A stretch of 64,000 nt of DNA, taken from contig MU057711.1 of assembly GCA_013265495.1 (NCBI GenBank), forward strand, positions 2,554,844-2,618,843. Direction: 5' to 3'. The notes beneath the pieces were generated by a model that was not told the origin of the DNA, ran no database searches, and was given only the letters and a program-made list of their open reading frames with translations. The translations under genes and the position numbers were made by a program. The stretch comes from Vicugna vicugna (lineage: Eukaryota). Shown here one piece after another: positions 12,546 to 22,715 of the stretch; within the stretch, counting starts at the first letter, position 1, and each line of letters begins with the position of its first letter.

Positions 12546-12591
12546 NNNNNNNNNNNNNNNNNNNNNNNNNNNNNNNNNNNNNNNNNNNNNN
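12546..12591. other. Assembly gap (46 N) inside NKD1 intron 1
   Basis: Run of N in a GC-rich context. Confidence 1.
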
Positions 12592-12691
12592 CCCCCTGGC
12601 CCCCGCCGCCCTCGCCCCTGCGATTGCTAACTCTCTGCCTCTCCTTTCTTTCCGGCTCCCGCCGCCGCCGCCGCGCGCGATGTGCCTGCAG

Positions 12692-12724
12692 CCGCCGTGT
12701 GCAAGCGCAGGGAGAGCCCGGAAG
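12692..12724 (+). CDS. NKD1: NKD1 coding exon 2 (33 nt; AAVCKRRESPE-G, phase 1-1)
   Basis: Acceptor cctgcag|CCGCCGTGTGCAAGCGCAGGGAGAGCCCGGAAG|gtaggg donor. Joins exon 1 and exon 3 in frame. Confidence 0.97.
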
Positions 12725-13436
12725 GTAGGGGTGTGCGGAGCACGGACCGGGGGGGATAGACTGGGAAGCACCGCAGACGGCCGCGGAATGGCCTACCCCG
12801 CGGGATCTTATTACCAGGGCCACCCCCACCCCCAACTCCAGCCACTAGTCCCACAAACCTGCTCCTGGGAGCAGACTTAGTGCCCCCTCCTCTGTCCACA
12901 TACCCCCTCTCCGCGATCTTGTGCTCTCTTTTCTGACCCTCAACCCCTCCTCTTGCGATCCTCCAACCCCACACTCACTGCACCCCTTTTTCAGACTCCT
13001 AAGCCCCCTCTCTAAGATCCTACCCGTTCTCTTTCTGGCCCTCAGCCCCCTCTCTCGAGATCTTGGTTCCTGCACCCCCTGTGCCCCCTCTTCCTGACCC
13101 TCAGTTCTTCTCCTCATCCCATGTTCACTACACCCGTCTTCTGACCCTCACCCCTCCCCTCCGCAGCCCTGGCCTCTGGCGATTGCTCTCCTCATCTCCA
13201 GACGCGTCCTCCTGGGGTACTTGCCTCCCCTTTGCACTCCCCTCTGGGTCCTTGCTTTTGGGGCTTTGTTAAACTCCCTTCTCCTGATTACCTGCGTCCC
13301 TCTCTCGGGTTGTGCCCAGGTCTCAACACCCTCTTGGTCCCTGCTACCTCTGCCTCGCCCACTCTTTTCTCTCCTCTTTCGGGTAACTTTCAGCCTAGGG
13401 GCCAGACTCAGGGGCTTCGTGTCGTCCCTGCCCCAG

Positions 13437-13570
13437 GTGACAGCTTCGCTGTGAGCGCCGCCTGGGCTCGGAAAGGCATCGAGGAGTGGATCGGGAGGCA
13501 GCGCTGCTCGGGCGGCAGCTCCGGACCCCGACAGCTGCGGGCAGCGGGCACTGTTGGCAGAGGAACCCGG
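13437..13570 (+). CDS. NKD1: NKD1 coding exon 3 (134 nt; GDSFAVSAAWARKGIEEWIGRQRCSGGSSGPRQLRAAGTVGRGTR)
   Basis: Acceptor gtccctgccccag|GT and donor CGG|gtacga. The peptide is visible inside ORF 13232..13663. Exons total 25+33+134=192 nt = 64 codons, ending in phase 0. Confidence 0.97.
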
Positions 13571-15619
13571 GTACGATCTTCACCTACCCTCCTTTCAACC
13601 TTAGAGATGGGTCTCCATACCCACCCACCCCAACTTTTAGCATCCTCTTGGCCAAACTTCTAAGTCCAGAAATCCCTTCTCAGCTACCCTTGCCCCACCA
13701 ACATGACCCTGTACCCCCCTGCCTTGGGGGAGCTTATTGGTGACACAGGTGACAGTCTCCTGTCCAGCTGGGGGCAAAGGGCTGCCTTGGGGGGAAGGTC
13801 CTAGGTGAGGAGGTGGTTCAGATCTGGCTGATGGGGAAGCTTGTCTGTGCTGCTTGCTCTGACTTCTACTTTGCTTCTGTGGCCAGTGTTCAAAGGTGGG
13901 TTTGGAGTTGGGGCTAGGGAGAGAGGGAAGACATCTGGGGGTGTCCAGGTGGAAGGCAGGACTGCACTGGCCTCCGAATGCGTTCCTAGTGTCTGTGGCA
14001 TTCATTAGTACCATCTGCCCCGGAGCCCCAGTAGAGAAGGCTGTGATCTGGGGCAGGGGGCAGAACGTGGGGGTACTGAGTTCCAGGAGACCCTTTAGCT
14101 TAGCCCACAAGGAGAGGGCCTTGGTTCTGCTGTAGCCTGAGCCCATCCTCAGCCTTCACCCAGCGGGACCCTGACGTTGGAGTTGTTCCTAGGGGAGCAG
14201 TAGATGTGACAGGGGAGTGAGTGAGTCTAGCCTCAGCTCCTGGCCTGGGACTGGTGTTCACAGATGTCCTATGGGCTCCAGAACTCTGCACAGGGCTTTC
14301 AGATGGTCTGCGTGGAACTCGAGCAAGCCAAGGATCAAAGGATGAATCAACTTTTTGATGTGACATTTAATTTTTTTTTTTAACTTAGAGGGGAACAGAC
14401 TGAGTCTCAGGTCTGGTTAGTTCTTTGGTCTTGTCCATGGGCTGGAGAGGGACCGGTGTAGTTTTCAGGTGTGTGTGTGTGTATTTGGGTGGTAGGACCT
14501 GGGCTGGCTGCAGTCGGTTGCAGGGGCCAATGTTGGGAGGCAAGCCTGTGGATAAAGTCGACTCTTGTGCGTGTATGAAACGACGTCTGCATCTGGCAGG
14601 AGCTCCTATCTCCTCCTCCACTGCCTCTGCTGAGCTGGGGGCCTTCTCTTTTCCATTTCTCTTCATCTTTTGGCTGGGTTGGAATTGGAGCTGCTGTACC
14701 CTAGTAAAGGCCACAGCTTGATGGGTGGGGGCACCGCAGTTGAGACCCTTTAAAAACAGAACTACAAACTTCCCTTTCTTCCCCCACCATTTCTAGTTTT
14801 TGATCTACTTATTTATTTAAAGCCCAATGAAAATGATCCGATTTAGCCATATGAACAAATGTATTTGCAGCTCAAGACAGAGGCCAACTGAGTGGATTTC
14901 CATTAATCAAGTTTGGGGGTTTTTCAGCCTGTTTATTTTTACAAAGTATTCCTGCAGAATGACATTTATTTGCAGTCCCTTTTTTTTTTTTTCTTTCCTA
15001 AACTGCCAGGCAGCTTGCTCCATGCTTTAGGGGAAACTTGAAATACAGTGAGGGCTTACTTCAATTGACTTTTATCTTCAAAGCCATAACAAATGTTACC
15101 CGCATGTTTTTGGTGGGTCTCCTTGGCATCCAGTCCTGGAGGATGGGAGGGAGGAGGAAGGAAGGGAGGAAAACAAAAGTCTGTCGTTTTTAATTAAATA
15201 GTAGTGTTCCCAGCAAGAGGAATGCCAGCCAGTAAAAGTTGCCACTGGGGGAAATGAAGGAGGGTGGGGAGGGGGCCCCAGCTTAAGTCTGTGGCTTTGT
15301 TGAAGTCACGGAATTTTGTTGCCTGGTTTCTTCCCTCAGCTGAGGACAGCATGGGATGGTGCCTGCCCCCTCCGTTCCTGGCCCCCTCTCTCAGAGAGAT
15401 GCTGAGGGGTCATTAATGTTTGTTCAAAGCACTTTTGAAGATGTGAGACACAAAGCCACCAGTGTGATACATGTGGGGTGGTGGAGGATGGGCCCTGCCA
15501 TCCAAGATATTAAGGGAAGGGAGCATCTGCTTCCTTGAGAGTTGTGCCTGGCGACGGATCCGGATGCCTGGGTTCCCCCCACTCCTGGCCTAGCTACTGG
15601 GTCTGTAGAGGTGGGGATG

Positions 15620-15920
15620 GTGAGTCCACTCGGGAGAGAAGTTGGTGAGCCCAAGATGTGGGGCTGCCCTGTGGGAGCCTGTGAGATAATTTCAGGAAAA
15701 TATTCCTGGAGGAATATTTTTTATCTTAATGGTTCCATATTTTTTTAACCAGAAAACAAAACAAAACAAAACAAAAAACTAGGACATCAAACCCTTGATT
15801 TCATGGATATTATTTCTGCGGATGAAGCTACGTTGAAAGGGATGGTCTCAAGTCGATCTTGAGAAAAATATTAAGTACAATTGGTTAAGATTGTTAGTGC
15901 CCAGAATTTGGGAAACATCG
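15620..15920. mobile_element. MER103C-like hAT fragment containing a (CAAAA)n run
   Basis: ctaggacatcaaacccttgatttcatggatattatt...gagaaaaatattaagt; homologous to 61950-62200. Confidence 0.6.
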
Positions 15921-16984
15921 AGATACCGAACAGAACAGCAGTGGACAGCCCTCGGTCTGGTTGAATTTCCGTGATTCCCAGTAGCACGGAAAAGGTGGCT
16001 GGAGGTTCTTCCATTATCTCACCAGGTTGTAGGAGGGCATGGGCTCCAAAGTGTGCTGAGTCCCAGGGGCTGGCAGAGGTCCCCGCACCAGCCCCAGACC
16101 CATCCTGGGGATGGCCTCTGCTCCACTCCTTCATCCAGCCTTTCACCAAAACACCGGGGGACACATTAGTGGCTCATCCAACCAGCATTATTATTACTGC
16201 AATGATAACCACTATTTATTAAGTGCCTGTATGTGTCAAGCACTTTGCTTACATTATCTTAATCCTCCTCATAGCCCTGTCAAGTTGCCAGCCAGCTGGT
16301 GGGGACTCTGGTTTTCTCCCTTTCTGGAGCACTTTCTAGGACAACGGAAGCCGTGTGTGGGGAAGTCCCGCACAGAGCATGTGCCTGGAGGTGCTGCGCT
16401 GATTAACTCTTGAGAGGTGGCACAGTGGCCAGCTGCTGAGGACTTTGGGATGAGGCAGGTTGCGGGGCGAGCAGAAGCACAAGGGGCCCCTGCTTGCCCT
16501 CTTCCCCCCGATGGGATCTGAGTAGCTTCATAAATGTTCAAGGTGGGTGGGTCTGAGTTGCCTGTAGGATCCTGAGATATAAGAGGGTTCCTCGCTGGCA
16601 CTAACCTATACCTGCCCTCCCAAATGCAGAAATAAATGAGGTCAGTCTTGGCCACAATAGCTTGTCACCTTATAGGAGCAGAGGAGCGAAGGGAGACCTT
16701 ACTTTTGTCCACCTTCATTAGCTCATCTTCATCAGCAGTATGGGTGTACCAACAAGCAAATCTCCAGGAGGGTTCTGGCGGATAACTCTTCACAAAGAGA
16801 AGAGCCTGGGAGAAAGGTCCTGGCAGGTGCCTGAGGCTCTGGTTGGGTAGAGATGGGGGTCCAGATTATGACACCATAGGCTGCCCCTCCCTTGTACTCT
16901 GTAGCCTCACTTGGAGAGAGACAGGCTAAGGCTTCTGCCCTTTCAGTGGGTACATGATGAACTTCAAGGGCATATGAGCTCAGA

Positions 16985-17270
16985 GGAGAAAAATAATGAG
17001 AAATTTGTGGTGTACAAGTACTACAGAAGATGAATGAGACGCCAACAGTTTGTATGTCAGACAACAATGTGCTGAACAATTAGAAATTGAAATGAGCGTA
17101 ATAACCTCCGAGATAAAGGAGGGTATGAGAAACATGAAGCTGCAATAGGCAGTTAGGAAAGAAAACCAGCTGGAAATGTTGGATCTGGAAAATATCAGGG
17201 GTGAGATTAAAAAGCTTAGTAGATGGACGGAAGAGCCTAACGGACACAGAGATACTGATAGGGGAGCACG
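16985..17270 (+). mobile_element. Ancient L1/HAL1 ORF1 coiled-coil remnant
   Basis: Frame with stops reads IKEGMRNMKLQ*AVRKENQLEMLDLENIRGEIKK, resembling L1 ORF1p KNQxEILELKNxIxEIKN. Confidence 0.6.
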
Positions 17271-18855
17271 TGGAGAAGCAGAAGCCGTGCGTCTGTGTAC
17301 GCTCATGCAGCGGGTGCATGCGTGTGCACATGAGTGTGTCCAGCTGGGTTTAAGGCCGTCCCCTCCCCCACCCCCTAGTTTGGCCCTTTTATTCTTTTCT
17401 GGCCAAGCTGCCTGAAGAAACAGGCAAGGAGCCTCGGGGCAGGCAAACCCGCCTCTGGATCAGAGGTGGCTGCCAGGCGGTTTGGTGATGTGATTAGGGG
17501 GCATGCAGTGCATTTGGCTATTTGGGGAAGATCGGGAGGGTGCCGGCCTGCCTGTAGCCTGCGGGGACGTATGGGGCTGGGTGATGAGATTGGAGGCCGG
17601 CCCAGCTGCTGCCTGAGTGCCGGATTCCAGGGGAATTACCCTTGAATGATACCAGTTGGCACAATTAAAAGGCCCCATGTCTTCACCATATGGAAAGTGT
17701 TAGGCCTCCTTACGTGGTTTCAAAGTTATGTGCCGGGAGGTGGACTTGACATTTGAGGTAAGGCATAAATTAAATATTTGGTGTTTCAGGATTAAAAGAT
17801 GATTTGCTTTGAGGCTGGTGGAGGCGTTTGGGCCTCTACACGCTGGCTTCTTTGAGTTCTCTACGGAGAGTCCCCTCTGCCCGTGGCACCCAGGCCAGCT
17901 TCATAGCCTCACCTGGCAGCTTTCTATACCCCTGGGGAGCAGGGAGGAGAGGTGGGGCAAGCTGGAGCTGGGCAGTGTGCCAGGTGGGCTTCTGGTTTCC
18001 AGTAGGCCTGGGTCCCTCAGGTGGTACGTGGTGGGCAGAGGTGTCATTTTCTGGCTGCTTTAATGCACCTCTGTGATGGGGTCTCTGGTAGAGGCTTCAA
18101 GGGTTGTCTTGTCCTCCCTTCAAAACTTTTCTGCTTTGAGAAGGACACTGGTTACCCCGAGTCAGGCTGTGTACATGTCCTGTTCCCTCGAACTCAGGAA
18201 CGGACCCTCTCCATTTGCATCTTGTACAGACTGTCATAAACCCAGGGAGAAGCTAAACCAGGAGACACGGTGGCCTGTCCCACAGCTCCTGGAAAGTAGG
18301 GGGATGTCCCATCCCCTCACCCAGTGGGGATGTCAGAAGTGAGCAGAGAAGGCAGGCGCTGGATGGACAGAGTGTACTTCTCCTCATACCAGGAAGCTTG
18401 ATCACCAGGCTCAGGGACCAGACTGTCTGTTTGAGGACTTAAAGCAGCAAAGCTGCTCCGTCAGCCATGGAAGAATCACTTTCTGAGTAATACATCTTCC
18501 TTGTGGCAGCCCTAGGGCACGTAGTGGGTACACATGATGTATTTGCTGAGTGAATGAATAGAAGCTAAATTAGGTCATCATCCCTGCCCCTTCATCCTCC
18601 AGATTCCCTTCCCCAGCCAGGTGGAGCTGGAAGCAGGAATACAAGGAAGAGTGGACTTAGACCTTTTCATTCAAGTACTCAGCTATTAATGATGATCAAT
18701 AATGAATTGTTATTAACTATTCATTCCCTAGCTCTGCCAAGCATTGAGGCTACAGTGACAAATAAAAGAGTTGTGGTGCCTGTCTTCCTATAGCTTCCAG
18801 TCTAATAAAGGAGACAAAGAATAAGCATGTCAACAGGCACATTAACAGTTCCACA

Positions 18856-18960
18856 GGGGTGGCAGGTACAGCTCCGTGGGAGAGCGCGTGCTTGGCGTGC
18901 GTGAGGTCCCGGGTTCAATCCCCTGTATCTCCGTTAAGGGGAAAAAACAAAAACCAAACA
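18856..18960 (+). mobile_element. vic-1-type tRNA-Ala-derived SINE within an L2 fragment
   Basis: ggtacagctccgtgggagagcgcgtgcttggcgtgcgtgaggtcccgggttcaatccc (A and B boxes) followed by an A-rich tail. Confidence 0.85.
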
Positions 18961-20924
18961 ACTGACAGTCATGCTCAGAGGAGCTGAGACAGTGAGGAAG
19001 AAAGTGTGCGAGGAGGGGATGGCGTTTGTGCAGAGGAGAGCTGGGTGAGGCGCCTGGCTCACTAGTGTCTGTGGACAATGCGTGGTGATGGGGTTGGGCC
19101 GCCGTGCAGGGACTGTGGGCTGTCCTTCTGGACAGGTGGGTGGAGCCAGGTGGGCGGAGCCAGGTGGGCAGCCAGCATGCCGCCCTGGCAGAGCGGATTA
19201 ACGCCGCTGATTGTTGTGCACCAGGACTCCGGCAGTTGCTCCAGCTGTTTGGGTGGGTGGGGGGAGGATCAGCTGTAGGGCCAGTAGCTCAGCCATGGTG
19301 GGATGTGGTGGCCTGAGGGGTGGGATTGGCAGAGGGAGGCCCCCCAGGGGCCAGAGGCCTAGAAGTGACAGACTAATCCCAGAGAGCCCATCCTGTCCTG
19401 GAACAGCTGTGAGCCTGTGCCTGAGGGAAGAGGGTCCCTCGCCTCAGTTTACCAGACGTGTCTGAGGAAGTCGAGGGCAGCATTACCCTCTGGGCAAGGG
19501 GTTAGTGCAGGGCTCCACGAGGAGATCTGCTGGCCCTGGGGAGTCAGGGCCCCTCAGTCCTCCTAGCTCAGGGGTTCTCGTAGCTTCACTTACTGACTGT
19601 GGCTTCACAATTTTGGAGTTTTTAGGTCACTTATTGGATTCCAAAGCAAGCACTTCCGGCTGCCTCCCCGACTTCCCTCTTTTTTCTACTCACACATGTT
19701 CTTTTTGTAGCTCTTGTCTCTCGCAGACATTCTTTCTCTTCCTCTCTCTCTCTCCCCCTCCCCTTCCCCTCGCCTTCTCCTTCTCCCCCACCTCCCCGAG
19801 GAAGGAAAAAATTTAGACTCTCACAAACAAAATATCTGCCATTCCATCCGAGGGAGAACTGAGGCAGGAGCCCAGAATATCCTGGAAGAAACGCCAGGGA
19901 GAGCTGAAGGCCTCAGTTGTTTAATCTGGAAGGCAGTCTTTGATGTCACCGTGCTCCGTTTATCCTGGGAGGCTGCCTGCTTCTTTATGGCTGGCTTCAG
20001 ACTCAGCGCATGAAGAATGGCCGGGTTCCTTCAGGAGCTGGAGGAAAAGCCTGATCACTCCCCAAAGGGCAGGCCTGGTGATGCTGCCGCTCCTGCCAAG
20101 CCCAGGTGGGGTGGAGAACCTTTTCCAAACAAGCATTTCCAGAGACATAAGTAATTCTTTGATAACTTCCCCGGGAAAGCAGAGGGGGCTGTTTATCCAT
20201 GTGGGCACCCGTCTCGGGGCTTCATGAGGGAAGCCTCAGGTCCCTCCACTGAAGTCATCCTTAGCCCCAGAAGGGCGCCATGCAGGAGCTCTCGCCAGGC
20301 GGCTCTGCCCACCGGGGTGTGCCCTGGATGTGTGTTTGTTTAGACGGCTACAAGGAGTTGCTCTGGGCTTCACTTCCCTTTCTTGTTGAGCCATGTGGGC
20401 TGTGTCCTGTGTGCATGGCCTTGTGTGTGGCCAACACCTTTCAGAGGACCCCAGGGTATGGGGTGGGCTTCACAAGTGGTGTGGCATCAGCTGAAAAGTC
20501 CCTCCTTTCTCTGAGCCTCAGATCTTCCAGCTGAGAAGTAGGATAAAATCATTTATTGTAATTTAGCAACAATATATTGAATGTATTCTATTCATATCAT
20601 TTGTGCAGCTGTGCAGCAGAAATTGAGGACTTACTTTAGGCCAGGCATACATTTGCTCTGTCAGTAGAGCATGGTCCTTATTTCAATAGAGCTTACACTC
20701 TAGTAGGAAAAAAGAAGTATTTTAAAAAACAAATTACACAATCTAAGTTATGATTTGTGCCTCAAAGTGCTGGGTGCTTTGAGAACATTTAATGGGAGTC
20801 AGACCTAATCTGGGTGGCTGCTCATTCTGCAGATATTTGAGTATGGTTAGGTTGTTGTGGAAACTATGAGGAATAGAACACAGTTCCTACCTTACAGAAC
20901 TCAAAGCTTAGTGGAACTAAACTT

Positions 20925-21290
20925 TCATCTTTACCTCTCATCTGTTTTTCTTATCTTATTGCATTGGTTAGAATCTCCTCTACTTAATAATCATTAAGTC
21001 TGATGTTCATTGTGTATCCAGTTAAGAAAGCTTTCTTCACCCCCAGCTTTCTCAGATTTTTAAAACCAGGAATACTTACTGAATTTTATCAAATGCTGTT
21101 GGAGTGTTGATGGAGTTCATGATTTTTTGCTAACGTAATGTGTGATTTGTATGCATGATTTACATCGCTAGATTTCCTAGTGTTCAACTTTCTCTGCTCT
21201 TCTGAACCAAATCCTTCTTTGCCATGATAGATTGCTGCTTTAAAATGTTGCGTATTTGATTTGCTAATATTTTACTTTGCATTGATGATC
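20925..21290 (-). mobile_element. Old L1 ORF2 (RT) fragment
   Basis: Minus-strand remnants SKILANQI (cf. NKILANRI) and AFDKIQ. Confidence 0.8.
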
Positions 21291-21939
21291 ATGTCAGATT
21301 GGCTCATGGTTTGGGAGGGTAGATCCTGAATGATGAAGACAACATTAATGGCATGTTAGAGGACACTCTGGGGGGGCTATGAGAGTCTAGAGCAGGGAGT
21401 GCCAACTGATCTAGGGTCAGAGGAGCTGTGATTTAAGCCCAAAGGTTCATGGTGGAGGGGTGGTGGTGAGCAAGACAAGGGGAGAGGACATGTAACAGCC
21501 ATGTGAGTGTTTGCTGGAGACTGGCCACATGTGAAAACACCCTGTAGTGAAGAAGGCAGTTCATCTGAGATGCTCATTGAAGTTCAGTTGGCTGAAGAGG
21601 GGTCACAGCCTGGGCCCAGGGGGCCTTCTCTGCCATGTTATGAAGCTTGGTCTTTGTCTAAAGGGGAGAAAAGCGGCAGGCTCTGTGTGAGGGGCCAGCA
21701 GGACCGAGGTGAGCCCTGCGATCTGAGGGAAGAAGGAATGTGGAGATGGGCTCTCTGTTGTAAAAATGTTTTGGAGGATAAAGAGGAATCAAGTGACTGT
21801 ATTCTGTGGGCTCAGTGAGAGATTCTTGAAGGTTTGCCTTGGTCCAGGCTCAGTGCTTGGTTCTTGGGGGTCACCCAGGGGACTCTTGAGGAGGCCACAG
21901 GTAGGTGAAGGACCAGGGGAAGTAGATAGGATGTAAGGC

Positions 21940-22715
21940 AGGTTTGAGTTGTGGTTAAAGAGCAAGGACCCTGGAGCCCGATGACCTGGGTTCAAATCCT
22001 GCTGCACCATTTTCTAAGTGTGGGACTTTGGGCATAGTGTTGAACCTCTGTGTCAGCCAGGGATCTGGTGGGAAACAGATGCCCTCCAGAGAGTTTAAAT
22101 GAAACTAGCTTCCAGACGGATGGGAAGGGTTAAGGGAAACTTCATGGGGGGTTGAAGTACCCGGGGACTGGTGGACCCCTGGCAACAGTGGAAAGCTGTT
22201 ACTACCTCTAGGGCAGAAAGGGCCAGGGGAGGGAATGTTGTTGGATGTTTTGGTGTTGGATCCCTGCAGGAGCCACAGCTGAGGAGTGGGAAGACCTGGC
22301 AGAAGCTGTAAGTGTGGAGGATTAACCACACTCATAGACATGGTACAGAAGTAGTGAGGGGATGGAGAAGAAAAAGTCCAGCCTCCATCTCTTCACATCC
22401 TCCAGTTTCCTGCTGGGGCCTGTCATTGGCTGAATATAGAAGCCAGAGGCCAGGAAGCCCCAGTGAATTGGTCCACAGGGTCAGCTTCCTGAGGGCGCAG
22501 AGCGGCACAGAGAAGGGTGGAGAGTGGATGGGGGTGGGGGTGGCAATCGAATAATCACCTCTGTGTCTGTGTTTCCTCATCTGTCAGGTGGGGATGAGAG
22601 TAGTACCTGCTTCGGGTACTACTCTCATAGGGTAGTTGTGAGGACTCAAATTGTAAAATGGTTGTAATGTCAGGCACAGAGTAAGTGCTCAGTGCAAGTT
22701 AGCTATTACAGCTAT
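21940..22715. mobile_element. MIR split by an ERVL-type LTR (LTR ~22049-22557)
   Basis: MIR core ctgggttcaaatcctg...tgggactttgggc stops at acctc and resumes at acctctgtgtctgtgtttcctcatctgt after a ~500-bp TG...CA insert. Confidence 0.65.

Larger units (their letters stand above)
11500..13600. promoter_or_regulatory. NKD1: CpG island, NKD1 promoter and 5' UTR
   Basis: Abrupt rise in GC and CpG density. GC box (cccgccc ~12104), inverted CCAAT (ATTGG 11820-11824), TCF site AGATCAAAG 11718-11726. The exact TSS cannot be determined from sequence; it probably lies ~12.25-12.35 kb. Confidence 0.9.

Noticed and set aside
12005..12880. 291-aa ORF and overlapping long ORFs across the CpG island
   Set aside because: Stop-poor GC-rich DNA spanning an N gap. 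The real CDS is three short spliced exons in other frames.
17750..17795. Strong donor GAG|gtaagg with a nearby acceptor-like tttcag
   Set aside because: Spacing is too short for an intron and no paired upstream acceptor is evident. Such sites are common by chance in 50 kb.
18856..18935. Possible tRNA-Ala gene
   Set aside because: Disrupted stems, an A-rich tail and no oligo-T terminator; it matches the SINE at 6529-6675.
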